Position numbers and translations under genes: made by a program. Shown here piece by piece: positions 7,720 to 16,165 of a stretch of DNA of 32,000 nucleotides. The DNA comes from Candidatus Brocadia sapporoensis. GTDB lineage: Bacteria > Planctomycetota > Brocadiia > Brocadiales > Brocadiaceae. The notes beneath the pieces were generated by a model, which saw only the letters and a list, made by a program, of their open reading frames with translations, was not told the origin of the DNA and made no database searches. Each line of letters opens with the position of its first letter. Position 1 is the stretch's first letter. The DNA lies in NCBI RefSeq assembly GCF_001753675.2, contig NZ_MJUW02000072.1, positions 1 to 32,000 of the forward strand, given 5' to 3'.

Positions 7720-9180
7720 ATGAAAAGAAAAATGATGTTAATTAACCCACACAAACCGGGAAGACACGGTGAAGAAAGTATTACGGTAATAGTTCAGATG
7801 CCTTTGAATCTTGCTTACATTGCTGCACTTACACCAGGTGATTGGGAATTTGATGTCATCGATGAGAATCTGGAATTAGCAATCAATGATAATGACGAAA
7901 TTACTTTTAAGCCCGTTGATCTTGTCTGTATTACGGCAGTTACCTATCAATCTCCCCGTGCTTATAAAATCGCTCAAGCTTGCAGGAAGAGAGGTATGAC
8001 GGTAATTATGGGTGGTATACATGCTTCTGTAGTGCCTGAAGAAGCAGCAAATTACGTTGATGCTGTATTTGTGGGCGAAGCAGAAGAAGTATGGCCACAG
8101 GTTATAAAGGATTTTGAAGCGGGAAAACTGAAAAAACGTTATGAGGGAGGATTACCACCCCTTAGCCTGATGAAAAAGGTATATCCAAACCGGGAACTTA
8201 TGAAGAAAAAATACAATTATAAGTTTTCTTCTATTGTCACGACAAAAGGGTGTCCGAATTATTGTGATTTCTGTAGTGTGCCTACTTTCCAGGGCAGAAA
8301 ATTCAGGGAAAGACCTTATGAGGACGTTCTGGCAGAAATGGCGGCAACAGATTATATGGGTCTAATGCTTGCAGAAGACAATTTCTACGGACACGGGAAA
8401 AAGTCAAACGAGAGAGCAAGAGATCTTTTTAAGGGGATGGTGGAGCGTGGTATACATAAAGACTGGTTAGGATTCACCGCCTTAAATATCTCCCAAGATC
8501 CTGAAACATTAGATTACATGGCCAAGAGCGGTAATTTTGGCATGCTTATTGGCATCGAATCCACCAATGAAGCTGTTTTAGAGAAGATGAACAAACGGGT
8601 AAATCTTAAATTGGGCACCGACAGCTATTTTGATTGTATCCAAAAAATACACAATGCAGGTTTAGTTGTTTGGGGTTCCGTAGTGTTTGGAGCAGATGGA
8701 GATGATAAAGATTCCTTTAAACGAATGACGGAGTTTATATTGGAAAATAATATTGATATTCTTACCTTCGGTATTAACTGTCCATTCCCAAAGACACAGC
8801 TCTATGCAAGACTGGATTCGGAAAAAAGGATTTTTAGAAAGAATTATCCAGAGGATTGGCAATATTATGACACAGCGCATGTTGTTCATCGCCTCATTGA
8901 CATGACATTAGAAGACTTTATTGAGGGTATGCAGTATGTTTATGATCATGTATATGCGGGAGATAATTTACGTATGCGCTTTAGGAATTCTATTAAGACA
9001 ACAAAAAATCCACGGAACTCCATGTTCGCCTTTAGGGTAGGTTCCGATTGGAAACAAGTGTTCGAACAGGTCCTGCAGAATTTAAAAGAGTTATATGATT
9101 CAGGTGATTATTATAAAGATTGCTATAAATCAGGTACGGTAACTGTTTCAAAACCCGTAATGGAGACGGCCACTACTTAA
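7720..9180 (+). CDS. cobalamin-binding-domain radical SAM enzyme (class B architecture)
   Basis: 486 aa. N-terminal B12-binding-like region (...DLVCITAVTYQSPRAYKIAQACRKRGMTVIMGGIHAS...). This is followed by CPNYCDFC, a CxxxCxxC motif (C178/C182/C185, nt 8251-8274). The start is 4 nt after the upstream stop. Confidence 0.88.
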   Translation: MKRKMMLINPHKPGRHGEESITVIVQMPLNLAYIAALTPGDWEFDVIDENLELAINDNDEITFKPVDLVCITAVTYQSPRAYKIAQACRKRGMTVIMGGIHASVVPEEAANYVDAVFVGEAEEVWPQVIKDFEAGKLKKRYEGGLPPLSLMKKVYPNRELMKKKYNYKFSSIVTTKGCPNYCDFCSVPTFQGRKFRERPYEDVLAEMAATDYMGLMLAEDNFYGHGKKSNERARDLFKGMVERGIHKDWLGFTALNISQDPETLDYMAKSGNFGMLIGIESTNEAVLEKMNKRVNLKLGTDSYFDCIQKIHNAGLVVWGSVVFGADGDDKDSFKRMTEFILENNIDILTFGINCPFPKTQLYARLDSEKRIFRKNYPEDWQYYDTAHVVHRLIDMTLEDFIEGMQYVYDHVYAGDNLRMRFRNSIKTTKNPRNSMFAFRVGSDWKQVFEQVLQNLKELYDSGDYYKDCYKSGTVTVSKPVMETATT

Positions 9181-9287
9181 CACAAACAAATTACGTATTA
9201 TTGAATTTCAAATTAAAGATTTTGTCAAAAAACACAAGTAATTGATCTCTGCAAAATTTTTTTCTTCTAAAGAGGAGGTAAAATGTC

Positions 9288-9416
9288 ATGATAGGCAAAT
9301 TGTTATCCTTGTCTATGGAAAAATCAGTTGTTCCAGATATTAGTCCAAAGGCTATTATGATTATTGCTATTGCACTGATATTCGTTATTTTATTCACATG
9401 GAAAAAGGAGGGATAA
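9288..9416 (+). CDS. possible 42-aa single-pass membrane peptide (absent from the ORF track)
   Basis: ATG at 9288, with AGGAGG (9273-9278) 9 nt upstream. Translation: MIGKLLSLSMEKSVVPDISPKAIMIIAIALIFVILFTWKKEG. The stop TAA (9414-9416) abuts the lpd TTG start at 9417. No homology evidence is available. Confidence 0.3.
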   Translation: MIGKLLSLSMEKSVVPDISPKAIMIIAIALIFVILFTWKKEG

Positions 9417-10850
9417 TTGCCTCGGAAAAACTCTGCCTTTGATCTTGTAATCATTGGCGGCGGACCAGGCGGTTATGTATCGGCTATAAGAGCCGCTCAA
9501 CTTGGGATAAAAACTGCTCTTATTGAAAAAGATAAGGTGGGAGGTGCCTGTTTGCATCAGGGTTGTATTCCAACAAAGGTGCTTCTTCGCGCAGTTGAAC
9601 TTTATGTGCGATTTTCTCGGGTAAAAGAATTTGGAATTACGGTCGAAAAACTAAGAATTGATTATTCGCAGTTGCATAGACGGAAAGAGTCTGTTGTTAA
9701 AAGACTATTTCATGGAGTCCAGTTTCTTCTCAAAAAAAATGGAGTCGAGGTTTTCGATGGTGAAGGATATCTCGAATCATCAGATACCGTTTTAATCAAA
9801 AAAGACGGAATAGACACTTACCGTGTCACGGCAAGAAATATTATCTTGGCCACCGGTTCACTTCCATTTATTCCCAACAACATTCCATACGATCGCAAAT
9901 ACGTTCTTACCAGCAATGATATTTTAGTATGCGAGGAGATCCCTAAGTCCATAATCATAGCGGGTGGTGGTGCTGTTGGGATTGAGTTTGCCTATCTCTT
10001 TAATGCTTTGGGTGCGAAGGTGACAGTTCTTGAATTTTTCAATGATATCCTCCCCGCAGAAGACAAGGAGATTAGTTCGACGTTACGGAGGATTTTCAAT
10101 AAGAGAGGGGTTGAAATATTAACAAGCTCTTCTTTAGAAAAGGTCACAATCGATGATGGTGTAATGGCAGAGATTAAAAAAGTTGACGGCACCCTTCACC
10201 CCCCTGCCACAAGCGGTAATCAAGAATTTATAAAAGCCGATTGTTTACTCCTTGCATTAGGAAGAAAACCAGCCGTGACAAACATAGGAATAGAAAATTT
10301 GCCAGTAAATTACCAGGGGAAATATCTGCAAACAAATAAAGTTATGGAAACAAGCCAAAGAGGTCTCTTTGCTATTGGCGATATTACCGGCCCCCCCCTT
10401 CTCGCGCACAAGGCGTCGCATCAAGGGTTGCTCGTCGTTTCTCACATAGCAGGCAAGGAGACAACGCCAATGAATTATCAAAGCATACCTGCGGCAACGT
10501 ATTGCTCCCCACAAGTTGCGAGTATGGGTCTCACCCAGGAAGATACGGAGAAAAGAGGATACAAAACCAGGATAGGAAAATTTCCTCTTATTGCAAACAG
10601 CAAGGCAATCATAGATGATGAATACGAAGATGGATTTTTGAAAATTATTTCAGATGATAAACACGGTGAGATATTAGGGGTACATGCTATAGGATCCAAT
10701 GTGAGTGAATTGATGTGGGGCATGTCTCTTTCAAAAATTTTAGAAGGAACAGCATTTGAGTTGGCGAATACAATATTTCCCCACCCTACCCTCTCTGAGG
10801 CTATTCTGGAAGCTGCCCATGCAATTGTTGATAGACCCATCCATATGTAA
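9417..10850 (+). CDS. lpd: dihydrolipoyl dehydrogenase (E3, pyridine nucleotide-disulfide oxidoreductase)
   Basis: 477 aa. TTG start with AGGAGG 5 nt upstream. Motifs: GGGPGGY, the redox-active disulfide GGACLHQGCIPTK, and C-terminal HPTLSEAILEAA. Confidence 0.9.
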   Translation: MPRKNSAFDLVIIGGGPGGYVSAIRAAQLGIKTALIEKDKVGGACLHQGCIPTKVLLRAVELYVRFSRVKEFGITVEKLRIDYSQLHRRKESVVKRLFHGVQFLLKKNGVEVFDGEGYLESSDTVLIKKDGIDTYRVTARNIILATGSLPFIPNNIPYDRKYVLTSNDILVCEEIPKSIIIAGGGAVGIEFAYLFNALGAKVTVLEFFNDILPAEDKEISSTLRRIFNKRGVEILTSSSLEKVTIDDGVMAEIKKVDGTLHPPATSGNQEFIKADCLLLALGRKPAVTNIGIENLPVNYQGKYLQTNKVMETSQRGLFAIGDITGPPLLAHKASHQGLLVVSHIAGKETTPMNYQSIPAATYCSPQVASMGLTQEDTEKRGYKTRIGKFPLIANSKAIIDDEYEDGFLKIISDDKHGEILGVHAIGSNVSELMWGMSLSKILEGTAFELANTIFPHPTLSEAILEAAHAIVDRPIHM

Positions 10851-10920
10851 ATGAATTTACCTTTATTTTGAAACCTTACGTTCAACGAAAGGAAGGACAG
10901 CATCGCCTGTCTGGATACCC

Positions 10921-12618
10921 ATGAATAACGAAGCTGCGATTGCCTATTTTTCTATGGAAATTGGTCTTTCAAACGACATTCCTACATATAGTGGTGGTCT
11001 CGGTATTCTGGCAGGAGACACGATAAAATCAAGTGCCGATCTGGAAATACCGATTGTCGCCGTTACCCTGATTTCAAAGAAAGGTTTCTTTTCTCAGGAT
11101 ATCAACAATGAGGGAAAGCAAATCGAACATGCGGTAGACTGGGACCCCTCAAGGTTTATGGTGCGCCTGCCAAAAAAAGTTGAGGTTCAAGTTGAAGGAC
11201 GCAGTGTTTTTCTTCAAGCCTGGTGTTATACAGTGCGAAGTATTGCTGGTGGAGAAGTAGACGTCTTGTATCTTGATACGGATGTTGAGGAGAATACAAA
11301 GGAAGACAGAGAAATTACGGATGTCTTGTATGGTGGTGATATGCAGTACCGCCTGAAACAGGAGATCATACTCGGCATTGGCGGAGTACGAATGCTTCGC
11401 GCTCTCGGGTATCACATTAAAAAGTACCATATGAACGAGGGACATGCAAGTTTATTGACCCTGGAATTGCTCTTGCTCTATAAACGAGACGTTGAAAGTG
11501 TTTGGGACGAAAATTGGATCTGGGATGCCGATAGAGTAAAAGACTTATGTGTCTTTACAACCCATACTCCCATTGAAGCAGGTCACGATCGCTTTTCTTA
11601 CGATCTGGTACAAAAAGTGCTCGGTGAGATTATACCGTTGGAAGTATTGAAAAGATTCGGCGGAAAACAATATTTAAATATGACGCTTCTTGCATTAAAT
11701 CTGAGTAATTATGTAAATGGCGTGGCCAAAAAACATGGTGAGGTATCGAAAAACCTCTTCCCGGGGTATGAAATTCATGCTATTACCAACGGGGTACACT
11801 CATTTACCTGGACGTGTGAGAGTTTTAAGCGTTTATATGACAAATACATTCCGGGTTGGGCTAACGAACCGGAGCTACTTGTCCGCACGGAGATTATTCC
11901 TGACGAAGAGGTGTGGGAAGCACATATCCAGGCAAAAAGTGAGCTTGTCGATTATGTTAAAAAGGTTACTGACATAAAGATGAGTCCTGATGTATTAACA
12001 ATTGGATTTGCGAGGAGATTTACATCGTATAAAAGGGCGGACTTAATGTTTTTTGATCTTAAACGGTTTCTGAAAGTCTGTGAAAAAGGAAGGGTTCAGA
12101 TCATTTATTCAGGAAAAGCCCATCCGAAAGATACCCCCGGGAAAGATATTATAAAAAAAATTGTAGAAATTGCGAAAGCCATTAACGACAATGTCACCAT
12201 TGTATTCATAAAAAATTATTGTATCGAGGTGGCCTTAAAACTGGTTTCCGGAGTGGATATATGGCTTAATACGCCTTTGCGTCCACGGGAGGCGTCTGGT
12301 ACGAGTGGTATGAAAGCTGTGCACAATGGGGTAATTAATTTTAGTATCCTGGATGGGTGGTGGATCGAGGGTCACATTGAGGGCGTAACTGGATGGTCAA
12401 TCGGTCCAAAGCCAGTCGAATCCTCATTGATACCTGTTAGTGATGCAACTGATGCCGAAGATTTATACTACAAACTGGAAAATCTTATTATTCCCATGTA
12501 TTATAACGATAGAGGCCAATGGATCAGGGTAATGAAAAATTCGATCAGCAAACTCGCGTACTATTTCAATACCAACCGCATGATGCGTAGATATGTGACG
12601 GAGGCGTATTTAAGATAG
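10921..12618 (+). CDS. glgP: alpha-glucan (glycogen) phosphorylase, short GT35 type
   Basis: 565 aa. Motifs: YSGGLGILAGD and the PLP-lysine context EASGTSGMKAVHNG. Confidence 0.88.
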   Translation: MNNEAAIAYFSMEIGLSNDIPTYSGGLGILAGDTIKSSADLEIPIVAVTLISKKGFFSQDINNEGKQIEHAVDWDPSRFMVRLPKKVEVQVEGRSVFLQAWCYTVRSIAGGEVDVLYLDTDVEENTKEDREITDVLYGGDMQYRLKQEIILGIGGVRMLRALGYHIKKYHMNEGHASLLTLELLLLYKRDVESVWDENWIWDADRVKDLCVFTTHTPIEAGHDRFSYDLVQKVLGEIIPLEVLKRFGGKQYLNMTLLALNLSNYVNGVAKKHGEVSKNLFPGYEIHAITNGVHSFTWTCESFKRLYDKYIPGWANEPELLVRTEIIPDEEVWEAHIQAKSELVDYVKKVTDIKMSPDVLTIGFARRFTSYKRADLMFFDLKRFLKVCEKGRVQIIYSGKAHPKDTPGKDIIKKIVEIAKAINDNVTIVFIKNYCIEVALKLVSGVDIWLNTPLRPREASGTSGMKAVHNGVINFSILDGWWIEGHIEGVTGWSIGPKPVESSLIPVSDATDAEDLYYKLENLIIPMYYNDRGQWIRVMKNSISKLAYYFNTNRMMRRYVTEAYLR

Positions 12619-12696
12619 TTGTGTGCATTGAAAACGGCTTGCACTGCAATATCTGTCCATTTTAGCATTCTCAATTGTTGAAAGGTTTATTATTCG

Positions 12697-13434
12697 ATGT
12701 TGGTAAAGCATTCCTGTATAAAGCAAGATGCTAAAAATATTAAGGCGATTATTCTTGACCTGGATGACACTTTGTATGATTGCAGCGGCACCCTTGTATT
12801 ACGGGGGAGAAAACATGTTGCAAAAGTGATTGCCAGATTGATCAATTGTTCTGAAGAGGAAGCGTATCATCTGCAATTGGAGATGGAAAAAAAATATGGA
12901 ACAAGTGCGAATATCTACGAAAAAATTGTGTCAGCGCACCACCTTCCACATAACCACGCCAAGGAGTTATTGAAAGAATTTATTCGCGTTGACATCATCG
13001 GTATCTCCCTCTTCCCTGACGTAATTGAAACTCTACAGCAACTTAAAGTACAAGGTTACAAGCTAATCCTTGTTACCTCCGGAGAAAAAAAGATACAAAA
13101 CCGAAAGATTCATGCGCTCGGACTAAGTCATAACTATTTTGACGATATTTTCATTGCGGATAGAGGAAATGGGCAAACGAAATATGATTATTTCAAAGAA
13201 ATTATACAACAGTACAATTTGAGACCGGAAGAGATCATTTGTGTTGGGGATAAAATAGACGATGAATTAACTTCGAGTAGATCTTTGGGAATGATTACCG
13301 TGATGGTGGAACATGGAAGACATTATAAAACATATCTGAAAGAACAGGACAAATGCATCAAGCCCGATTATTCTATAAGACAAATTAAAGATATTTTAAG
13401 AATAACCACTACGAGTTCTTTCACAATACGCTAA
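12697..13434 (+). CDS. HAD-superfamily hydrolase
   Basis: 245 aa. HAD motif I is IILDLDDTLYD, motif II is LVTSG, and motif IV is VGDKIDDE. Confidence 0.8.
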   Translation: MLVKHSCIKQDAKNIKAIILDLDDTLYDCSGTLVLRGRKHVAKVIARLINCSEEEAYHLQLEMEKKYGTSANIYEKIVSAHHLPHNHAKELLKEFIRVDIIGISLFPDVIETLQQLKVQGYKLILVTSGEKKIQNRKIHALGLSHNYFDDIFIADRGNGQTKYDYFKEIIQQYNLRPEEIICVGDKIDDELTSSRSLGMITVMVEHGRHYKTYLKEQDKCIKPDYSIRQIKDILRITTTSSFTIR

Positions 13435-13450
13435 TTTAAATATCCTATTA

Positions 13451-13924
13451 TCACACCACCATTCCAATAATAACACCTTCAAAGACAAGTTTTCCGTTCA
13501 CAACCCCCTGGGTGTCAAAGATAGCTCTTCGTGAACGCAATTCTGTATTTTTTGCAATTAAAATGAGTTTGTCACCAGGCACAACTTTTCCCCGGAATTT
13601 AACTTTATCAATACCACCGAAACCAAGAAATCGTTCGTCTTGCGTGATCTTTTTGTAATAATACGTACACAGTTGTGCCGCTGCTTCAAGCATAAGCACT
13701 CCTGGCATTAGTGGACGGCCGGGAATATGTCCTCGTACCCAGAACTCTTCATTTGAAATATCTTTATAACCTACAACAATTTTTTGCTCTGGGTCAAATT
13801 TTATAATACCGTTCAACTGTTCCATTTCATGTCTGTGGGGTATTACAGAACGAACGGTTTCAATACCGATCAATACCTTATTTAAATCTAAACTACTTAA
13901 ATCAATTAAAATATCCTGTGACAT
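13451..13924 (-). CDS. FabZ/FabA-like hot-dog dehydratase, divergent paralogue
   Basis: 157 aa. The catalytic context GHIPGRPLMPGVLMLEAAAQ is retained. The N-terminal motif is IPHRHEMEQLNG rather than the canonical PxxYPFLLxD. The gene is monocistronic. Confidence 0.8.
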   Translation of the reverse strand: MSQDILIDLSSLDLNKVLIGIETVRSVIPHRHEMEQLNGIIKFDPEQKIVVGYKDISNEEFWVRGHIPGRPLMPGVLMLEAAAQLCTYYYKKITQDERFLGFGGIDKVKFRGKVVPGDKLILIAKNTELRSRRAIFDTQGVVNGKLVFEGVIIGMVV

Positions 13925-14060
13925 AATCGTTTATTGGGAGATTTGCTGATAAAGAGGTTAAATAAAATAGAGTTTACTTACCACGAAAATAACTTTGATA
14001 TATGTTAATAATTCAGGCGATACGATGTCAATGAAAATCCTTTTTCAAATGAAAATATTA

Positions 14061-14089
14061 TTGACAATTACAAGTTGTTTTGATATAAG
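14061..14089 (+). promoter_or_regulatory. candidate sigma70-type promoter of rplM-rpsI
   Basis: TTGACA (14061-14066), a 17-nt spacer, then TATAAG (14084-14089). It lies about 125 nt upstream of the rplM ATG. Confidence 0.45.
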
Positions 14090-14153
14090 TTATACGCACT
14101 ATTAAGGGTAAGTACTAAGAATTAAAAATGATTATTTTTGTGGTTGTAAACGC

Positions 14154-14184
14154 AAAAGCGCCCTATTAATTATAAGGCGCTTTT
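14154..14184 (+). promoter_or_regulatory. terminator-like hairpin in the rplM 5' leader
   Basis: AAAAGCGCC (14154-14162) pairs with GGCGCTTTT (14176-14184) around a 13-nt loop. It sits between the candidate promoter and the rplM start at 14213. Confidence 0.4.
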
Positions 14185-14212
14185 AATTTTAACGGTTTTA
14201 AGGATAGACACA

Positions 14213-14647
14213 ATGAATACGTTTATGTCAAAAAAAGAAACTGTAAAAAGAAATTGGTATATTGTTAATGCTGAGGATAAAGTCTTGGGACGGATGTTAA
14301 CCACTGTTTCCAGGGTTCTTCAGGGAAAGCACAAACCGGAATATACGCCTCACGTGGATGCAGGAGATTTCGTTATCATAACGAATGCAAGCAAGATAAA
14401 GCTCACCGGTAAAAAGATGCAGGAGAAGATCCACTATTATGTAACTGGTTTTCAAGGCGGCTTGCGGAAGCGGATGGTTGGAAAGACCTTGGAAACAGCG
14501 CCCGAAAAGGTATTGAGCCGATCTGTAAGAAGGATGTTGCCAAGATCTAAACTGGGTAAGACTATGTTAAAAAAATTAAAAATATACGCCGGTGCTGAGC
14601 ATCCACATCAGGCTCAACAGCCGAAAGATCTGGTTATTCGTAACTAA
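14213..14647 (+). CDS. rplM: 50S ribosomal protein L13
   Basis: 144 aa. KRNWYIVNAEDKVLGRMLTTVSRVLQGKHKPEYTPHVDAGDFVIITNA is a canonical L13 sequence. Confidence 0.95.
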   Translation: MNTFMSKKETVKRNWYIVNAEDKVLGRMLTTVSRVLQGKHKPEYTPHVDAGDFVIITNASKIKLTGKKMQEKIHYYVTGFQGGLRKRMVGKTLETAPEKVLSRSVRRMLPRSKLGKTMLKKLKIYAGAEHPHQAQQPKDLVIRN

Positions 14648-14679
14648 TTCAATGCATATAAATTTCATTAAAAAAGTTT

Positions 14680-14707
14680 GGCATAGACAAGCGTAGTCGT
14701 CCATGCC
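14680..14707. repeat. 28-nt palindromic element, copy B, between rplM and rpsI
   Basis: GGCATAGACAAGCGTAGTCGTCCATGCC. The arms GGCATAGAC and GTCCATGCC pair with one mismatch. It is preceded by AAAAAGTTT and followed by TTTTT, then the rpsI SD. It matches the element at 19213-19240 at 21 of 28 positions and has the same length. Confidence 0.55.
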
Positions 14708-14724
14708 TTTTTGAGGAGGAAGAA

Positions 14725-15120
14725 GTGTCAACTGAACAATATTTTTGGGGTACGGGAAGACGAAAATCATCTGTAGCACGAGTAAGGATAAAAAAGGGTA
14801 ATGGAAAAATTATGGTCAATGATAAGGATCTGGACTCCTATTTTCCCATTGATCGGGATAGAGGTGTGGTACGGTTTCCTTTAAAAACTACAAAGACATT
14901 AGGAGAATTTGATGTGCTAGTAAATGTAAAAGGAGGCGGTATAACTGGCCAGGCAGGTGCTATATCCCTTGGCATTGCTCGTGCGCTATTTAAATCCAAT
15001 TCTACTTTTGTTGAAACCTTACGCAATGATGGCTTATTAACGCGAGATAGCAGAATGAAAGAACGAAAAAAATATGGACGTAAAGGCGCAAGAAAGAGCT
15101 TCCAATGGACAAAAAGATAA
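14725..15120 (+). CDS. rpsI: 30S ribosomal protein S9
   Basis: 131 aa. GTG start with GAGGAGG 5 nt upstream. Motifs: GTGRRKSSVARVRI and the C-terminal RKGARKSFQWTKR. Confidence 0.95.
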   Translation: MSTEQYFWGTGRRKSSVARVRIKKGNGKIMVNDKDLDSYFPIDRDRGVVRFPLKTTKTLGEFDVLVNVKGGGITGQAGAISLGIARALFKSNSTFVETLRNDGLLTRDSRMKERKKYGRKGARKSFQWTKR

Positions 15121-15122
15121 TT

Positions 15123-16058
15123 CTACTTTGTTGATTGTAATTTTTTATAATACTCTGTCGCTAATCTGATACCTTCTTCAAAGGTAACTTTTGGTTCCCA
15201 ATTGAGCTCCTTTTTTGCCTTTGAGCTGTCCAAACTGATATGATCTATTTCTCCAGGGCGTTTCTGGCTAAAAATCGGCTCAATCTGAGATTCCAAAGCC
15301 TTTCTAACGGTATGAAATACCTCCAAGTCTGAAATCTGTTTCCCCCAACCCAAATTGTAAATTCCTCCATCTCCCACGTTACCGAGGACCATAAGGTTCG
15401 CCGCTACAATGTCTTCTACATAGACATAATCTCTCGTTTTGGAACCATCGCCAAAAATTGTGGGTGGTTTGTTCTGCAGGAGTAGTTCACTAAAAATTGC
15501 CACTACACCAGCCTCACCATGCGGAGATTGTCTTGGCCCATATACATTTGGATAGCGCAAGACGGTAAAATTCAAGCCATATAATTTATAAAAAATAGAC
15601 AAATAATGTTCTACGGTGTGCTTGCTAACACCATATTGCGAAAGAGGCTCAACGGGACATGTTTCCTGAACAGGTAAATCCTTGGGTTCTCCATAAACGG
15701 CACCGCCAGTCGAGACGTAAATGAACTTTTTAATTTGATATTTTTTTGACAACTCACAGAGATTGAGGGAGCCAAGAATATTAATATTTGCGTCATAAAC
15801 TGGCATTTCCACCGATTTACGTACATTGACGTGAGCTGCGTGGTGATTTACGATCTCAGGTCTTTCTCTTTTAAATACCTCTTCCAAAGCTTGAGCATCA
15901 CAAATGTCTGTCAGATAAAATGATGCCTTAGGGTTAACGTTTTCTTTTTGCCCGGCAGAAAGATTATCAACTACAATCACGCGATGACCATGTGCAATCA
16001 AGCGGTCTACTAAATGGGAAGCAATAAAACCAGCGCCACCGGTAACAAGTATCTTCAT
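15123..16058 (-). CDS. NAD-dependent epimerase/dehydratase (extended SDR, UDP-sugar 4-epimerase-like)
   Basis: 311 aa. Motifs: MKILVTGGAGFIASHL (GxxGxxG) and the catalytic YGVSKHTVEHY (YxxxK). The sugar specificity cannot be determined from the sequence. Confidence 0.85.
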   Translation of the reverse strand: MKILVTGGAGFIASHLVDRLIAHGHRVIVVDNLSAGQKENVNPKASFYLTDICDAQALEEVFKRERPEIVNHHAAHVNVRKSVEMPVYDANINILGSLNLCELSKKYQIKKFIYVSTGGAVYGEPKDLPVQETCPVEPLSQYGVSKHTVEHYLSIFYKLYGLNFTVLRYPNVYGPRQSPHGEAGVVAIFSELLLQNKPPTIFGDGSKTRDYVYVEDIVAANLMVLGNVGDGGIYNLGWGKQISDLEVFHTVRKALESQIEPIFSQKRPGEIDHISLDSSKAKKELNWEPKVTFEEGIRLATEYYKKLQSTK

Positions 16059-16165
16059 AAATAAAGTCCCCCTTTTTTGGTATTGTTATACGTTTTGCAA
16101 TGTGGCCAGATCAGGGTTATCATTATAGCAAAATTATGAAATTAATCAATAAACATAAATTATTC

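Noticed and set aside
10391-10398. C8 homopolymer inside lpd
   Set aside because: It encodes the conserved G-P-P of the GDxxGxPxLAH motif in an essential-type gene. Phase variation is implausible.
15120-15123. Convergent rpsI and epimerase genes with a 2-nt gap between their stops (also HAD versus FabZ-like, 16-nt gap at 13435-13450)
   Set aside because: The lack of room for terminators is noteworthy, but such tight convergent packing is common in compact genomes. There is no further signal.
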